DNA of 39,480 bases, from NCBI GenBank assembly GCA_913053615.1, contig CAJXHA010000001.1, positions 1 through 39,480 on the forward strand. Reading direction: 5' to 3'. The notes beneath the pieces are model-generated. The model saw only the letters and a program-made list of their open reading frames with translations, was not told where the DNA came from and ran no database searches. The position numbers were made by a program, and so were the translations under genes. This DNA is from an uncultured Bacteriovoracaceae bacterium (lineage in GTDB: Bacteria > Bdellovibrionota > Bacteriovoracia > Bacteriovoracales > Bacteriovoracaceae). Positions 16,861-27,340 of the stretch are shown here, piece by piece. Each line of letters opens with the position of its first letter. The first letter of the stretch is position 1.

Positions 16861-17208
16861 TTAATCCCAACGATTAAAAAGTATATTAACTGTATCCACG
16901 TAATCTTTTAGGATTAAAAAGTATCCAAACTTCATATCAAGACGACAAAGAGTAGTATTTAAGGCCTCAGTACATTGAACTTCTGTTAATTCAACTTTTT
17001 CACTACAACCGAGATCATTTAATGTTTTTGTTACTGCATTATAGGCCATTTGTGGATCAAGTGTTTCAGCTGAGTTGGAATAAACGTCACTAGAATGTTG
17101 GCTATAATGGGCCGAGTCCCCATAACCTTCAGTGAGGCGTTCATAACAAGAGATATTAGCGAAAGCGACTTGAGATACGAATAATGTTAAAACCAATAAT
17201 TTTTGCAT
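16861..17208 (-). CDS. Small secreted Cys-containing protein, unknown function
   Basis: Signal peptide MQKLLVLTLFVSQVAFA and four Cys. No recognised family. Confidence 0.45.
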   Translation of the reverse strand: MQKLLVLTLFVSQVAFANISCYERLTEGYGDSAHYSQHSSDVYSNSAETLDPQMAYNAVTKTLNDLGCSEKVELTEVQCTEALNTTLCRLDMKFGYFLILKDYVDTVNILFNRWD

Positions 17209-17283
17209 ACGAGCTTATAAAATATTTTTCACACTCTGCCATCTTAAATGTAAAATATTCACATTACTTATGGTTTCAGCTAT

Positions 17284-18123
17284 TTAAATGACTGTGGCCT
17301 CTGCCTGAATAAAGGAATAGAAGAAAACCGCATTAGGATCATTGGCGACAGATCTAAGCTCTTTATAGCAATTATCGGCTAATTCTTGCGAGATCACTCC
17401 CTCTTTTATTAATTGATCTTTGCCACTCATTAAAAGCTCAGTCCAAAACTCAATGGTTTCCTTGCGTTTATCAGGGTGACGATTATCAAAATGCCAAGTC
17501 TTCACCTGAGTTTTGACATTAGTAAATCCCATGGAAAGTAGGAGATTTCCAAGCTTTGCCCCCACAAAAGGATCACCAGCATTTTCATATTGATAATCAT
17601 TAAACTTCATCCAATACTCCCACACATTTGGAGAATAAGGATCAAGAAAGAATGAAGAATTTAAAACTTCTGTAACATAGATGCGACCACCAGGTCTTAG
17701 AACTCTTCTGGCCTCACTAAGAACCTTGGCCGGTTCAGGAATATGTTCTAAAACCCAGCACAAGAAAGCCCCATCAAAAGAATTACTTTGAAAATCTAGT
17801 TTTTGAGCATCACCTTTTTCAACCGTGTACCTTCCTTGTGCATAAGAATGGGATTTTAAATTATCCTTACAGGCAGCAATTTGATTTTCATTAGCATCAA
17901 TACAATTAATGTGCATATTTGGAAAACGTCTTAAAAGTATTTCTGTTTGAGCACCTACTCCACAACCAATTTCAATTAGCTTTCCAATATCACTTAGATT
18001 AAGTCCTTCATAAATTTTATATTCAGAAAACGCAGCTTGTTGTCTTAAGCGATCTTGTTCTTTTTTTGAAAAGCCATGTAGATATGGAAACTCTGTTTTA
18101 TCTGGTTCATTTTTATTGGCCAT
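17284..18123 (-). CDS. Class I SAM-dependent methyltransferase
   Basis: Motif I LIEIGCGVGAQT, the post-I acidic residue and motif II FDGAFLCWVLEH. Confidence 0.8.
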   Translation of the reverse strand: MANKNEPDKTEFPYLHGFSKKEQDRLRQQAAFSEYKIYEGLNLSDIGKLIEIGCGVGAQTEILLRRFPNMHINCIDANENQIAACKDNLKSHSYAQGRYTVEKGDAQKLDFQSNSFDGAFLCWVLEHIPEPAKVLSEARRVLRPGGRIYVTEVLNSSFFLDPYSPNVWEYWMKFNDYQYENAGDPFVGAKLGNLLLSMGFTNVKTQVKTWHFDNRHPDKRKETIEFWTELLMSGKDQLIKEGVISQELADNCYKELRSVANDPNAVFFYSFIQAEATVI

Positions 18124-18257
18124 AAATTCTCCTCAGTTTATTTTACTAAAAATTAATAAGGATTAAAGAGGTAATACTAATTACCAGCTAGCCGAGCATT
18201 GAACTCGGGTAATGAATTTATTTTGCATGGCTTAACTTTCTACCTTACAATATTAAT

Positions 18258-19148
18258 ATGAATAAAATCTTCTTGTTAATGAGTATGCTTATGATCTTTG
18301 GTGTGCATAACGCTAATGCAAGACCCAAAAAAGCATTAACGCTTATTCAAAAACAAAAAAAATTAAAAGATATACAAAAGAAAGTAGAAAAGATGTCTAG
18401 AAAGGGTTGGACTTTCTACGCCTATCAATCCAAGCAGATCTATGTACTGACTGGAAAGTATCGCTATACCAAAGTATCTTTTGATGAGTTTTATATGCCT
18501 CGTCTATTTCAAAGATATTCTAAAGAATATAGGCCAAGCCAAGTTGGTAAAGATGTGGTCTATTTTTATCAAAAAGGTTTTACTATTGTCCTTAGACGCA
18601 ATGGTCGTTTTTTTCGCATGAAAGATGGTAAAATTAATGAGTTTGATCCTTTAGAAGAATCAATTTTTGATATTAATAAAGAAAAAGCACAAACATTTAA
18701 GAGAGCTCAGTGTGCACTATGTTCATTTAAACTTTCTTTTAACACAGTGAGTGTCGGTGGGAATCTACAGTATAATGCTGAGTTTGCTTGGCTACCCTAT
18801 TTCTCTCTAACTGATTATACGGGAATTCGCCTTTCAGTTGGACTTTCTCCATATACCGTTGAAAATGATGACCTTGAAGAAGTGGTTGATCCAGGCTTTA
18901 AAGGACAAATTCTCTTTCGCCAATACCTTTACAACCTTTTCTTTGAAATTGGTGGAGGGGTTCATTACTTTATGCAATCAGGTGACACCTCACCTATGGT
19001 GACAACTGGTTTAGGATATACTTTTATTGAACCTCATTGGATTTTTAGTGAGAAGATTCATATGAGTAATATCTTCTTTCATATTTCTACTATTGATTGG
19101 GATGAGACAATTAATGAGGCGAAGTTTGGTGTTGGATTAACTTTTTAA
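18258..19148 (+). CDS. Secreted protein with C-terminal outer-membrane beta-barrel-like half
   Basis: Signal peptide. The C-terminal half has amphipathic strands and ends in FGVGLTF (terminal Phe typical of OMPs). Confidence 0.5.
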   Translation: MNKIFLLMSMLMIFGVHNANARPKKALTLIQKQKKLKDIQKKVEKMSRKGWTFYAYQSKQIYVLTGKYRYTKVSFDEFYMPRLFQRYSKEYRPSQVGKDVVYFYQKGFTIVLRRNGRFFRMKDGKINEFDPLEESIFDINKEKAQTFKRAQCALCSFKLSFNTVSVGGNLQYNAEFAWLPYFSLTDYTGIRLSVGLSPYTVENDDLEEVVDPGFKGQILFRQYLYNLFFEIGGGVHYFMQSGDTSPMVTTGLGYTFIEPHWIFSEKIHMSNIFFHISTIDWDETINEAKFGVGLTF

Positions 19149-19151
19149 AAA

Positions 19152-19811
19152 TTATTCTAAACTTAAGGTAGAGAGTTTCTTCTGATCTTGATCTTTTAAG
19201 ATAAGAGCTCCCCCCTCAACTTCTAAACTCTTTGCTTCAAGAGAAATATCCACAGACTGCACTAAATCTAAAAACTGCTTATCTTCTCTCGCCTTCACAC
19301 TGGCCAGGCGGCTATAAACTAATAATTTATTAGTTGTATTATTTAAAATATAAAGTGAATCACCTATAACGGCGACATCATTCGCTCCCACTAATTCATC
19401 TTTTTCAAGAATTCTTATAGGAGCCACATTACCTGGCACTTCACTTAAAAATACTAATAGCCTTGAGCTCTTTGTATCAATAACATAAAGCTCTTTATGG
19501 GCATGATCATAAAAAACAGCACCAACATCTTCTAATAAAGTATTTGAACCCGCAGTTAAATAACGAGCATCTGCTTTTTTATCATAGGTTAAAAGTGCAT
19601 TTTGAAAGCCTGTATACTCACGATCAATGGTCTCATCTGAATAAGAGTCCTTAGCATTTGAAGCCGAATTACTACTTATAAGTTCTTTACATTGAGAACT
19701 TACTTGATCAAAACCACTACCATCACCTAGTTTAGAAAATGCAAATTTACAATCAGCTAGATTTTGAGCATATAAATTAAATGAGAGTAATAATAAAATT
19801 ATAGCTTTCAT
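19152..19811 (-). CDS. Secreted protein with NHL/propeller-like strands, translationally coupled to the giant IPT/TIG gene
   Basis: Signal peptide MKAIILLLLSFNLYA. ELYVIDTKSSRLLVF and SLYILNNTTNKLLVY are blade-like strands. Its ATG overlaps the upstream TAA by 1 nt (TAATG at 19809-19813). Confidence 0.55.
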   Translation of the reverse strand: MKAIILLLLSFNLYAQNLADCKFAFSKLGDGSGFDQVSSQCKELISSNSASNAKDSYSDETIDREYTGFQNALLTYDKKADARYLTAGSNTLLEDVGAVFYDHAHKELYVIDTKSSRLLVFLSEVPGNVAPIRILEKDELVGANDVAVIGDSLYILNNTTNKLLVYSRLASVKAREDKQFLDLVQSVDISLEAKSLEVEGGALILKDQDQKKLSTLSLE

Positions 19812-22800
19812 TATTTCGTTCCTTGTATGGTTCGTTGGGTGGTTCCCCCATCACTGGCCGTGGCCTCTAAAGTCGCACTATAACTACCAGTGCTTAAAAA
19901 TTGTGCCATAAATGTTACATCTACCGTACAGGTTGCCCCTGAAGATAGTGATGTCCCAGAACAATTATCACTTGTCACTGAAAATTCCGTCGAACCAGTT
20001 GAGACAGCTATATCTGCTGTGGTTGCAGTAGGCCCAGTATTTTCAAGTGTAAATGTAGCACTCACGTTAGTACTTTGAGTTCCATAATCATAAGTCGCTG
20101 TACTTTGCCATGTTAGGTTTGCCCCATTTGCATATGTAAATGAGCTACCAAGAGTAGCAGTTTGAAAGTATTGCACAACATTCACATCATAAGTTCCCGC
20201 TGAACTTGCACCAAGAGTACAAGAAAATTGAGTAGGACTTATATGTGAAATTCCAGTACAGGCAACACCACCAATATTCATACTGTATTGGCCAGAATCA
20301 AAATTAGTCCCTGTAACTGTCACAACTGTTCCACCTGCAGTTGAACCTGTTGCTGGTGAAATATTTGTAACTGTTGGCGAGTCTGTAAATAAGAAGCCAT
20401 TTGTAAGGGTATCTGTACTTAAATCAGGATTTGTTACCACAACATCCTCAAAGGCCTCAACCCCATTATTAGCAGTGTCACAAACGATAGTGGTTGGAAC
20501 ACCTGAATAATCATAATTTGTACAAGCTCCACCAATTGCAACCGTAGCACCACTTACAAAGTTTGAACCTGTGATAGTCACAGTTGTCCCACCAGCTGTA
20601 TCCCCACCTTGAGGACTAATGCTAGTAATGCTTGGACTTGCACCAACATAGGTATAACCATTGGTAGCAGTAACTGTTAGACCACTTTGATTCGTAATAA
20701 TAACATCGACAGCACCTGGTGCACCACCAGCAGGTGTTAAACAACTTATAGAAGTAGAGTTAGTTCTGACTAAAGAAGTACATGGGTTACCATCAATTGT
20801 TACACTCACCCCAGTTGCAAAATTACTACCAGAGATCGTTATGGCCTCACCACCAACAACACTACCTTGATCATCAGAACCATCAGTAAGTGAAGTAAAT
20901 GTTGGTGTATCTTCATATTCAAAACCATTACTTAATGTACCTGTTATTCCATTACCATTTGTAACAACCACATCCCCTATAGTATCAGCACCAACTGAAC
21001 CAGTAGTACAAGTAACACTAGTAGAGTTTTGAGCTGTGATTGAACAAGCAGTACCCGCTAGAGTAACTGAGCTTACGGCAGCAAAATCACTACCACTAAT
21101 AACCACTGATTTCCCACCTGCAATAGCATCATGGTCATCACTAATTGATGTCACTGTTGGTGGCGGTGATACGATTACATTATTAGTATCATCATCTACT
21201 TGGCCATCAGGGTTTGTCACAACTAAGTCATATGTTCCAGCTGAAGCACTCGCTGTGACACAAGTTAAAGAAGTTGCACTATTAAATGTGGTAGTCGCAC
21301 AATTCACTCCAACTTCTACGGTTGCACCACTAACAAAATTACTACCTGTGATATTGATAGTATCTCCACCACCAGTTTGCACCACACTTACATCAATTGA
21401 AGTAACATGTGGACGAGCAATATATTGTAAGAAGGCAGAGCTATCTGAGCCTTGTTGTGTATCTGGACTAATAACAATAACTTCTACCATACGAGTCGTA
21501 TCAGTAGTAGCACTTGGAGCCGTGGTACAAGTTAGACTCGTATCGCTGGCAACACTAACACTAGTACATGCTTCACCATCAACAGTGACTGTTGGATCAG
21601 TACCGTAATTTTGAAAACCAGTACCTGTAATGGTTAAAGTTGTGGCCAAACTTTCTGGAGCAGTGCTTGGAGTAACATTTGTTACTGTCGGAGCATCAAT
21701 GATTTTATAAATACCAGTAAGTGTATCAGTTCTTCCATCTCCATTGGTAACTGTAATATCATAATCACCTGGAGTCTGTGGTCCTGCAGCTACTGTACAA
21801 GTGACACTACTTCCATCACCGGCAACTGCTGTTACAGTACAACCTATTCCACCAATATCAACAGTGACAACACCACCACCTAAAGTTGAATCTCTTAAAC
21901 CAGAACCAGAAATAGTAATACTATTGGCTCCCGCTGCAGGTCCACCAATTGGTGAAACACTTGTAATGTCTACAGCTGGATGATAAGTGAAACTTGCATA
22001 AGCATTTGAAACTTGTCCATCCGGATTCGTTACTGTAACTGTACTAGTACTACTTCCAGCACTTGATGTACATGTTAATGAAGTTGTCGTTGGTACAGAA
22101 ATCACAGTACAAGGACTTCCTGCTAGATCAACGGTATGACTAGTATCACCAGAGATAAAGTTAGTTCCGGTAATCGTAATTGTTTGTGAACCATCACTAC
22201 GTCCACCATCTGCATCAGTTGGTGAATCAACTGCAGTCACCGTTGGAGCTGGTAGATAGTCGATAGTTGTACTACCTGTTTGACCACTTTCATTTGTAAC
22301 TAATAAGGTAACCCCTGTACCAGTTCCGGCAGGAGTAGTACAAGTAATAGAAGTTGGACTTGAGTTGCTTGTAATAGTACATGGATTACTATCGATGGTA
22401 ACAGTTGCATTATCATATAAATCGGTACCAGTTATAACAAGAGTCTGTGAGCCGACTTCATAAATTGTGGTTGGGTTTGTGCTTGAAATCGCAGGATCTG
22501 CCACATAAGCAAATGCTCCACTATCAGTTACGGTTTGAGCATCATCATTAGTGACCACCACATCATAAGTACCTATTCCTGCACCACCATCGGCCGGAAC
22601 CACACAATCAATATCTGTAGTTGAATTCACTGTTGAACTTGTACAGGCCACTCCATTAATACTAACAGTGGCACTAGCTTGAAAACCAGTCCCTTGTACA
22701 TTGATAGTATTTCCACCGGCAACTGGGCCATATGCATAATCATAACCTGTAATAGTTGGAGCGGCGACATATCTTAATTGGGCCGTATCACTTTGCCCAT

Positions 22801-25800
22801 CAGCATTTGTATAGGTCACAGTAATAGGATCTCCTGTTCCTGCTGGAGTGGTACAGGTATAACTTGTTGGTTCTGTATCACTTACATAAGTACATGGATC
22901 AGTTCCTATTGTAACAGTTGCATCAGATCGAAGATCTGTACCGGTGATAATAATATTTTCCCCACCTGCCTCTGCTATATTTTCATTACTATAAAGAGCT
23001 ATTGGATTTGGAACTGTAATGCTACTAATTGATGGAGCTCCAATATAATCAAATGATCCAACACTACCTGTTGTTTGAAGATCGCCAGAATTTACAATTT
23101 CAATATTTAATCCAGTTGCCAAGGCATGGGCAGGAGTAACACAGGTTAAGGTATTTGCATCTACAAATGTCGTTGAACTACAGGCCGTACCATCAATTCG
23201 TACTTCCATATTTGCACCGGTGAAATTAGCTCCGGAAATAGTAACCGTGCTTCCACCTAAAGGATCACTATAATCAGGTGAGACACTAGCAAAAGTAGGC
23301 GCAGGTCTAAAAATAAAGGCACTTGATGAGGTACTGGTTTGTCCATCTTGATTTGTCAGCACCACATCTTGTAATGAATAACTACCAGCAGGAATATAAC
23401 AATCAAAGGTATTATTATCTACAAACTGTGAGTCAGTAACACCCACACCTTCCGCAGCACAAGTCGCATCACCAACAGTGACACTCATTCCGGTTTGAAA
23501 GTCAGTTCCAATTAAGCGAATCTTATATCCACCATTATCATTTCCACCATCAATAATTGTGGTTCCTGTTTCTTCATATATATTTGTCAGAGTTGGAGGT
23601 CCGATAAAGTCAAAGAAAGCTGCACTATCACCAAACTGTCCACTCACTGTATTAGTTACTCGAACAACATAATCTTCTCCTGAGCTATGAGCAGGTGTAT
23701 CACAAGTAATTGTCGTGGCATTTACACGATTTACATTAGTACAAGTATCTCCATCAATAGTTACACTCACACCTGAACTATGAAAATTAGCACCAGTAAT
23801 AGTAATACTCGTTCCACCAGCAATATCAGAAGAAGTCGGTGTTGTTGCTGGAGATGTAACAGTTAAGTCGGGATCGAGTACAAATTCATATGAGCTTGCT
23901 AATTGATCTGTTTGTCCATCTTCATTTGTAACATCAACATTGAGTAAAGCTGACGCTGAACCATAATTAGGAGTAGTACACCTTACTTCATTTTCAGAAA
24001 CATAAGTTGTAACTGAACAAGTTTGTCCATCTATATCAATACTTACATTTGGCATTAGATAACTACCATAAACAGAAATTTCTTGTCCCCCACCTGTCGG
24101 TCCAATAAATGGATAGATTGATGAGATAACAGGAGCTGGTCTATAGGTATAAGCACTGGCCAATGTAAAAGCTTGGCCATCTGGATTAGTCACGCGAACA
24201 TTTGATAATGTTGCCGCACCAACAGCTGGAGCAACACAGTCTACTCTTGTAGCAGTTAAGTTGCTTAAGCTACCACAAGTTTGGAATGTTCCATTTTCAT
24301 CAGATAACTCAACAGTTAAGCCCGTTTGAAAATTAGTTCCTTGAACTTGAATCGTATTTCCACCGGCCACTGGGCCATAATCAATAAATGGCAGTACAGG
24401 AGTGGTAACAATTGTTACAGTAGGTGCTGGATTATAAATATAGGCCCCAACTCCTACTCCTGCTTGATTATCGTCTGTATTAGTAACGGTAACATTATAA
24501 GTACCAGCGGTATTGGCCGGAACATCACAATCAAAACTAGTGCTTGTTACATTTGTTATATTAGTACAGTTTGCGGCTCCAAATAAAACAGTGAAATTTC
24601 CAGCAGAATCAAAACCTGTACCTGTTACACTAACTGTTCCCCCACCACTTTCTGGTCCATTTCCAGGAGTGACACTGGTAATTGTAGGAGCCGGTCTATA
24701 AGTAAAGGCATTAGTTAAAGTTGCTTGTTGACCATCAAAGTTTGTAACAACCACATCGCCTGTTTGAGCAGTTTGAACATCTGTTACACAAGTTATCGTA
24801 TTTCTATCCACAACAGTTGCAGTTGCACAACTAACACCTGCCATAGTGACATCAAATGAACCGCCACTATCAAACCAATCACCAGTGATAGTAATGGTAT
24901 CACCACCGTTTATTGAGCCATAAGCTTGATCAATACTTGTAAGTGTTACTGCTGGAACATACTCGATAGTATCTGAATCAGTACCTCCATCTGCATTACT
25001 TACAACCACTGTCACATCACTACCAAAGGCACCATAACGACTAGTACCAGTTCCACTAGTACTCCAATATGGAATAGTGGTACATGTAATAACTGTTCCT
25101 GTATTCGTAGCGACGGGACAATCAAAGCCACCAATTTCAACGGTTCCACTGGTGGTAGAGCCATCAAAGTTTGTTCCATTAATTGTAAGTGTTTGTCCTC
25201 CAGCTTCCTCTAAGGTTGTTGGAGAAAAACTTGTAATCGTCGGAGGATCAACATAATCATAGCCACTCACAAGAGTACCTGTTTGCGAGTCAACATTAGT
25301 CACTGTAATAGTATATGAACCTGCAGTATTAGCACCTGTGGTACACGTTGCGGTAGTAGAGCTCACGGTAACCACACTAGTACAAGCACTTCCACCAATA
25401 TCAATTGAAGAAATTTGATAAAAACCAGTTCCTGTTAGGGTGATGGATTCGCTACCGGCCACACTCCCTACTGCTGGAGTAACAGAGCTAATTGTAGGTG
25501 CCGCTAAATAGCGATAACCATTACTAAAGGTAAAGCTTTCACCTTTAGAATTATTTATTGTAATGTTTTTTGAACCAGCACTTGCACTACTTAAAGTACA
25601 AGTAAGAATGGAGCTACTAAGGGTTGCGATAGTACACGTTCCATCACCAAGACTAACACTTGTGACTAAGTCTAGATTTGATCCATTAAGAGTAAGGGTT
25701 CCCCCTCCACTAGTTGATCCATATGCGGGACTTACAGAAGTAATGGTTGATGTGGATGCGATTTTTTCTTGGCGAAGTCTTTCTTCTAAATTTTCAACAG

Positions 25801-25897
25801 CCTCACCACAAGCACTGAGGACAATAAAAGTGAATAGCATTAAAAAATGCTGTAAAAGCTTTCTAAAAACGTGAACAATTTCAAGTTGTTTTAGCAT
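19811..25897 (-). CDS. Giant surface lipoprotein: about two dozen tandem IPT/TIG Ig-like domains plus a C-terminal ASH / choice-of-anchor-D-like domain
   Basis: Lipobox LMLFTFIVLSAC. An ~80-aa unit recurs (P-x-I-T/S-S-h-x-P-x-x-G-x-x-x-G-G-x-x-h-T-h-x-G-x-x-F ... C-T ... h-x-C-x-T-P ... V-x-V-T-N-x-D-G-Q). The last ~120 aa (TFTLENTGPTATT...FSVTSDNCSGTSLSSGATCTVDVTF) look like the HYDIN/ASH-type fold. Confidence 0.85.
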   Translation of the reverse strand: MLKQLEIVHVFRKLLQHFLMLFTFIVLSACGEAVENLEERLRQEKIASTSTITSVSPAYGSTSGGGTLTLNGSNLDLVTSVSLGDGTCTIATLSSSILTCTLSSASAGSKNITINNSKGESFTFSNGYRYLAAPTISSVTPAVGSVAGSESITLTGTGFYQISSIDIGGSACTSVVTVSSTTATCTTGANTAGSYTITVTNVDSQTGTLVSGYDYVDPPTITSFSPTTLEEAGGQTLTINGTNFDGSTTSGTVEIGGFDCPVATNTGTVITCTTIPYWSTSGTGTSRYGAFGSDVTVVVSNADGGTDSDTIEYVPAVTLTSIDQAYGSINGGDTITITGDWFDSGGSFDVTMAGVSCATATVVDRNTITCVTDVQTAQTGDVVVTNFDGQQATLTNAFTYRPAPTITSVTPGNGPESGGGTVSVTGTGFDSAGNFTVLFGAANCTNITNVTSTSFDCDVPANTAGTYNVTVTNTDDNQAGVGVGAYIYNPAPTVTIVTTPVLPFIDYGPVAGGNTIQVQGTNFQTGLTVELSDENGTFQTCGSLSNLTATRVDCVAPAVGAATLSNVRVTNPDGQAFTLASAYTYRPAPVISSIYPFIGPTGGGQEISVYGSYLMPNVSIDIDGQTCSVTTYVSENEVRCTTPNYGSASALLNVDVTNEDGQTDQLASSYEFVLDPDLTVTSPATTPTSSDIAGGTSITITGANFHSSGVSVTIDGDTCTNVNRVNATTITCDTPAHSSGEDYVVRVTNTVSGQFGDSAAFFDFIGPPTLTNIYEETGTTIIDGGNDNGGYKIRLIGTDFQTGMSVTVGDATCAAEGVGVTDSQFVDNNTFDCYIPAGSYSLQDVVLTNQDGQTSTSSSAFIFRPAPTFASVSPDYSDPLGGSTVTISGANFTGANMEVRIDGTACSSTTFVDANTLTCVTPAHALATGLNIEIVNSGDLQTTGSVGSFDYIGAPSISSITVPNPIALYSNENIAEAGGENIIITGTDLRSDATVTIGTDPCTYVSDTEPTSYTCTTPAGTGDPITVTYTNADGQSDTAQLRYVAAPTITGYDYAYGPVAGGNTINVQGTGFQASATVSINGVACTSSTVNSTTDIDCVVPADGGAGIGTYDVVVTNDDAQTVTDSGAFAYVADPAISSTNPTTIYEVGSQTLVITGTDLYDNATVTIDSNPCTITSNSSPTSITCTTPAGTGTGVTLLVTNESGQTGSTTIDYLPAPTVTAVDSPTDADGGRSDGSQTITITGTNFISGDTSHTVDLAGSPCTVISVPTTTSLTCTSSAGSSTSTVTVTNPDGQVSNAYASFTYHPAVDITSVSPIGGPAAGANSITISGSGLRDSTLGGGVVTVDIGGIGCTVTAVAGDGSSVTCTVAAGPQTPGDYDITVTNGDGRTDTLTGIYKIIDAPTVTNVTPSTAPESLATTLTITGTGFQNYGTDPTVTVDGEACTSVSVASDTSLTCTTAPSATTDTTRMVEVIVISPDTQQGSDSSAFLQYIARPHVTSIDVSVVQTGGGDTINITGSNFVSGATVEVGVNCATTTFNSATSLTCVTASASAGTYDLVVTNPDGQVDDDTNNVIVSPPPTVTSISDDHDAIAGGKSVVISGSDFAAVSSVTLAGTACSITAQNSTSVTCTTGSVGADTIGDVVVTNGNGITGTLSNGFEYEDTPTFTSLTDGSDDQGSVVGGEAITISGSNFATGVSVTIDGNPCTSLVRTNSTSISCLTPAGGAPGAVDVIITNQSGLTVTATNGYTYVGASPSITSISPQGGDTAGGTTVTITGSNFVSGATVAIGGACTNYDYSGVPTTIVCDTANNGVEAFEDVVVTNPDLSTDTLTNGFLFTDSPTVTNISPATGSTAGGTVVTVTGTNFDSGQYSMNIGGVACTGISHISPTQFSCTLGASSAGTYDVNVVQYFQTATLGSSFTYANGANLTWQSTATYDYGTQSTNVSATFTLENTGPTATTADIAVSTGSTEFSVTSDNCSGTSLSSGATCTVDVTFMAQFLSTGSYSATLEATASDGGTTQRTIQGTK
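20175..25750 (-). repeat. Tandem array of IPT/TIG domain-coding units (~240-bp period, diverged)
   Basis: The periodicity is seen in the translation. DNA copies are diverged and I saw no long identical blocks. Confidence 0.7.
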
Positions 25898-26094
25898 TAC
25901 TAGTATTTTACCATTCCCTTTTACTCAACAAAGACTTTGAGTCTTTTTAATAAGTTAGAGCATTAGGCATTACTCATATTTAGGGACTTTGCCACTAAAA
26001 ATGGTCAGACTATACTCCTATCTAATTTTCGGAGATTTAGGGGTAAAACTTTAAATGTATATTATTGATTTAACTTATCAGATAAGCCCTAAAT

Positions 26095-27240
26095 TTAGGG
26101 GCTTATACTTGGGCGGCGTAATTTAATTAAAAGGTCTTGAATAATACTTATATCTTTTTGCAAATCATCTAAGGTACTTATTTTTAATTCGATGATATTT
26201 TCATAAAATAAAATCGCTTCTTTGGCCTTTTGCAAGTTCTCCTGGGCAGCTTGAATTTTTAACTCCATTGCTTGAACTTTTTCTGTATCACCTCGATTTG
26301 CATAGATTCTTTTATTTCTCTCATAGATTGGAATATTACCGGCATAAACATCTTGGTTATATAAATAAACATCTAAATTATTTTCATATAAAGCAAACCA
26401 CTCCGTAAGAGTATTATAATCACTCACTGTTTCATTATAAGAATTTACGACCTTAGAGCGGTAATTTGCTTTAAAATTATCCTTATAGCCAAGCTCATCC
26501 AGAATAAATGTTTCTAGCCCCATTGGATCCAAGAGAATTCCATCTGCATCAAAATAGCGCATAAAACTTTGAGGTGTTTGATAACCTACCTCACTAGCTA
26601 GATTATGATAAAGCATCGCACCTGCTTGATAAGCATCAAACTCTCCACCTGAGCGATAAAGGTTTTTAATAATATAATCTTGTTCATTTTCAAAAGCAGT
26701 TATATCAATGGCCTTTTCTTCATCACCTAAAAAGTGTTCTACTTCATGTGCAAAGGTCGCAAGATTATTGGCGAGCATTTTTCCGGGTCTAATACAAATT
26801 ACTGGCCACTCCATAACTACCAGTGCAGCATATACACCTGTGTTAAGGACTTCATACTTATAGGCAGCATTAATAACATCTAAGAGATCTGCTCTTTGCC
26901 AATAAGCACGTAAGTCATAAATATCAGCATCTGGCTCAAGACTAGATTTTTGAATACTTGTCTCACCTCTTTGATAAGTACCAAGGGTATCACCTTCTAA
27001 CTTACACACATGAATAATACTTGAAAGAAAGGAAAGTTGATCACGATTAAGTTTTTCTAATAATTTTTGAATAATATCTTCTCGACCGATATCAATCAGT
27101 GCATCTTCTAGCTCAACTAATTTCTCATAACTCATTGGACCTAGCTGAGATTCATCTAGAAAGGTTTGCTTTAAGTCTTCAATAGTAAGTGCACTAAAGA
27201 CTTGTAAGCTAAAAAAGAGCATTAGAAAAAATACTTTCAT
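26095..27240 (-). CDS. Secreted protein with HExxH motif (putative zinc metallopeptidase) and C-terminal coiled coil
   Basis: Signal peptide MKVFFLMLFFSLQVFSA. It contains FAHEVEHFLGDEE (HExxH). The helical, heptad-like C-terminus reads KVQAMELKIQAAQENLQKAKEAI. Confidence 0.45.
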   Translation of the reverse strand: MKVFFLMLFFSLQVFSALTIEDLKQTFLDESQLGPMSYEKLVELEDALIDIGREDIIQKLLEKLNRDQLSFLSSIIHVCKLEGDTLGTYQRGETSIQKSSLEPDADIYDLRAYWQRADLLDVINAAYKYEVLNTGVYAALVVMEWPVICIRPGKMLANNLATFAHEVEHFLGDEEKAIDITAFENEQDYIIKNLYRSGGEFDAYQAGAMLYHNLASEVGYQTPQSFMRYFDADGILLDPMGLETFILDELGYKDNFKANYRSKVVNSYNETVSDYNTLTEWFALYENNLDVYLYNQDVYAGNIPIYERNKRIYANRGDTEKVQAMELKIQAAQENLQKAKEAILFYENIIELKISTLDDLQKDISIIQDLLIKLRRPSISP

Positions 27241-27301
27241 AGAATTTTATTTTATATTGATGAGGTATTTTATGCTCGTTTAGATGTATAAATTACAAGG
27301 G

Positions 27302-27310
27302 TGTTATAAT
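27302..27310 (+). promoter_or_regulatory. Extended -10 promoter element for the VanZ-like gene
   Basis: TGTTATAAT (TGnTATAAT) lies 31 nt upstream of the ATG at 27341. This argues against the ORF-track start at 27284, which lies upstream of it. Confidence 0.4.
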
Positions 27311-27340
27311 TTTAGACATAAGATAAGCGTGATTAAATAT

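Noticed and set aside
20175-25750. Regular ~240-bp periodicity considered as a possible CRISPR-like or satellite array
   Set aside because: The periodicity is entirely explained by in-frame IPT/TIG domain repeats. The units are diverged, with no identical short repeats or unique spacers.
19890-25874. Nine + strand ORFs of 60-190 aa (19890, 21036, 21801, 22778, 24326, 24513, 25563 and others) antisense to the giant IPT/TIG gene
   Set aside because: All lie wholly inside the 2028-aa reading frame. They have low-complexity, Val/Pro/Thr-rich mirror-image composition typical of shadow ORFs opposite a repetitive Gly/Thr/Ser-rich gene. None has an SD or recognisable motifs.
25898-26094. 197-bp leader upstream of the giant gene, with hairpins AAGACT-ttg-AGTCTT at about 25931-25945 and ATAAGCCCTAAA/TTTAGGG(G)CTTAT across the stop of the 26095 gene, considered as a riboswitch or attenuator
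   Set aside because: The stems are short or AT-rich with no recognisable riboswitch core. The second is most simply the 3' hairpin of the upstream HExxH gene.
27284-27340. ORF-track start (ATG 27284) for the VanZ-like gene
   Set aside because: The extended -10 element TGTTATAAT at 27302-27310 lies downstream of it. The added 19 residues (MYKLQGCYNFRHKISVIKY) are not membrane-protein-like. ATG 27341 gives a normal VanZ N-terminus.
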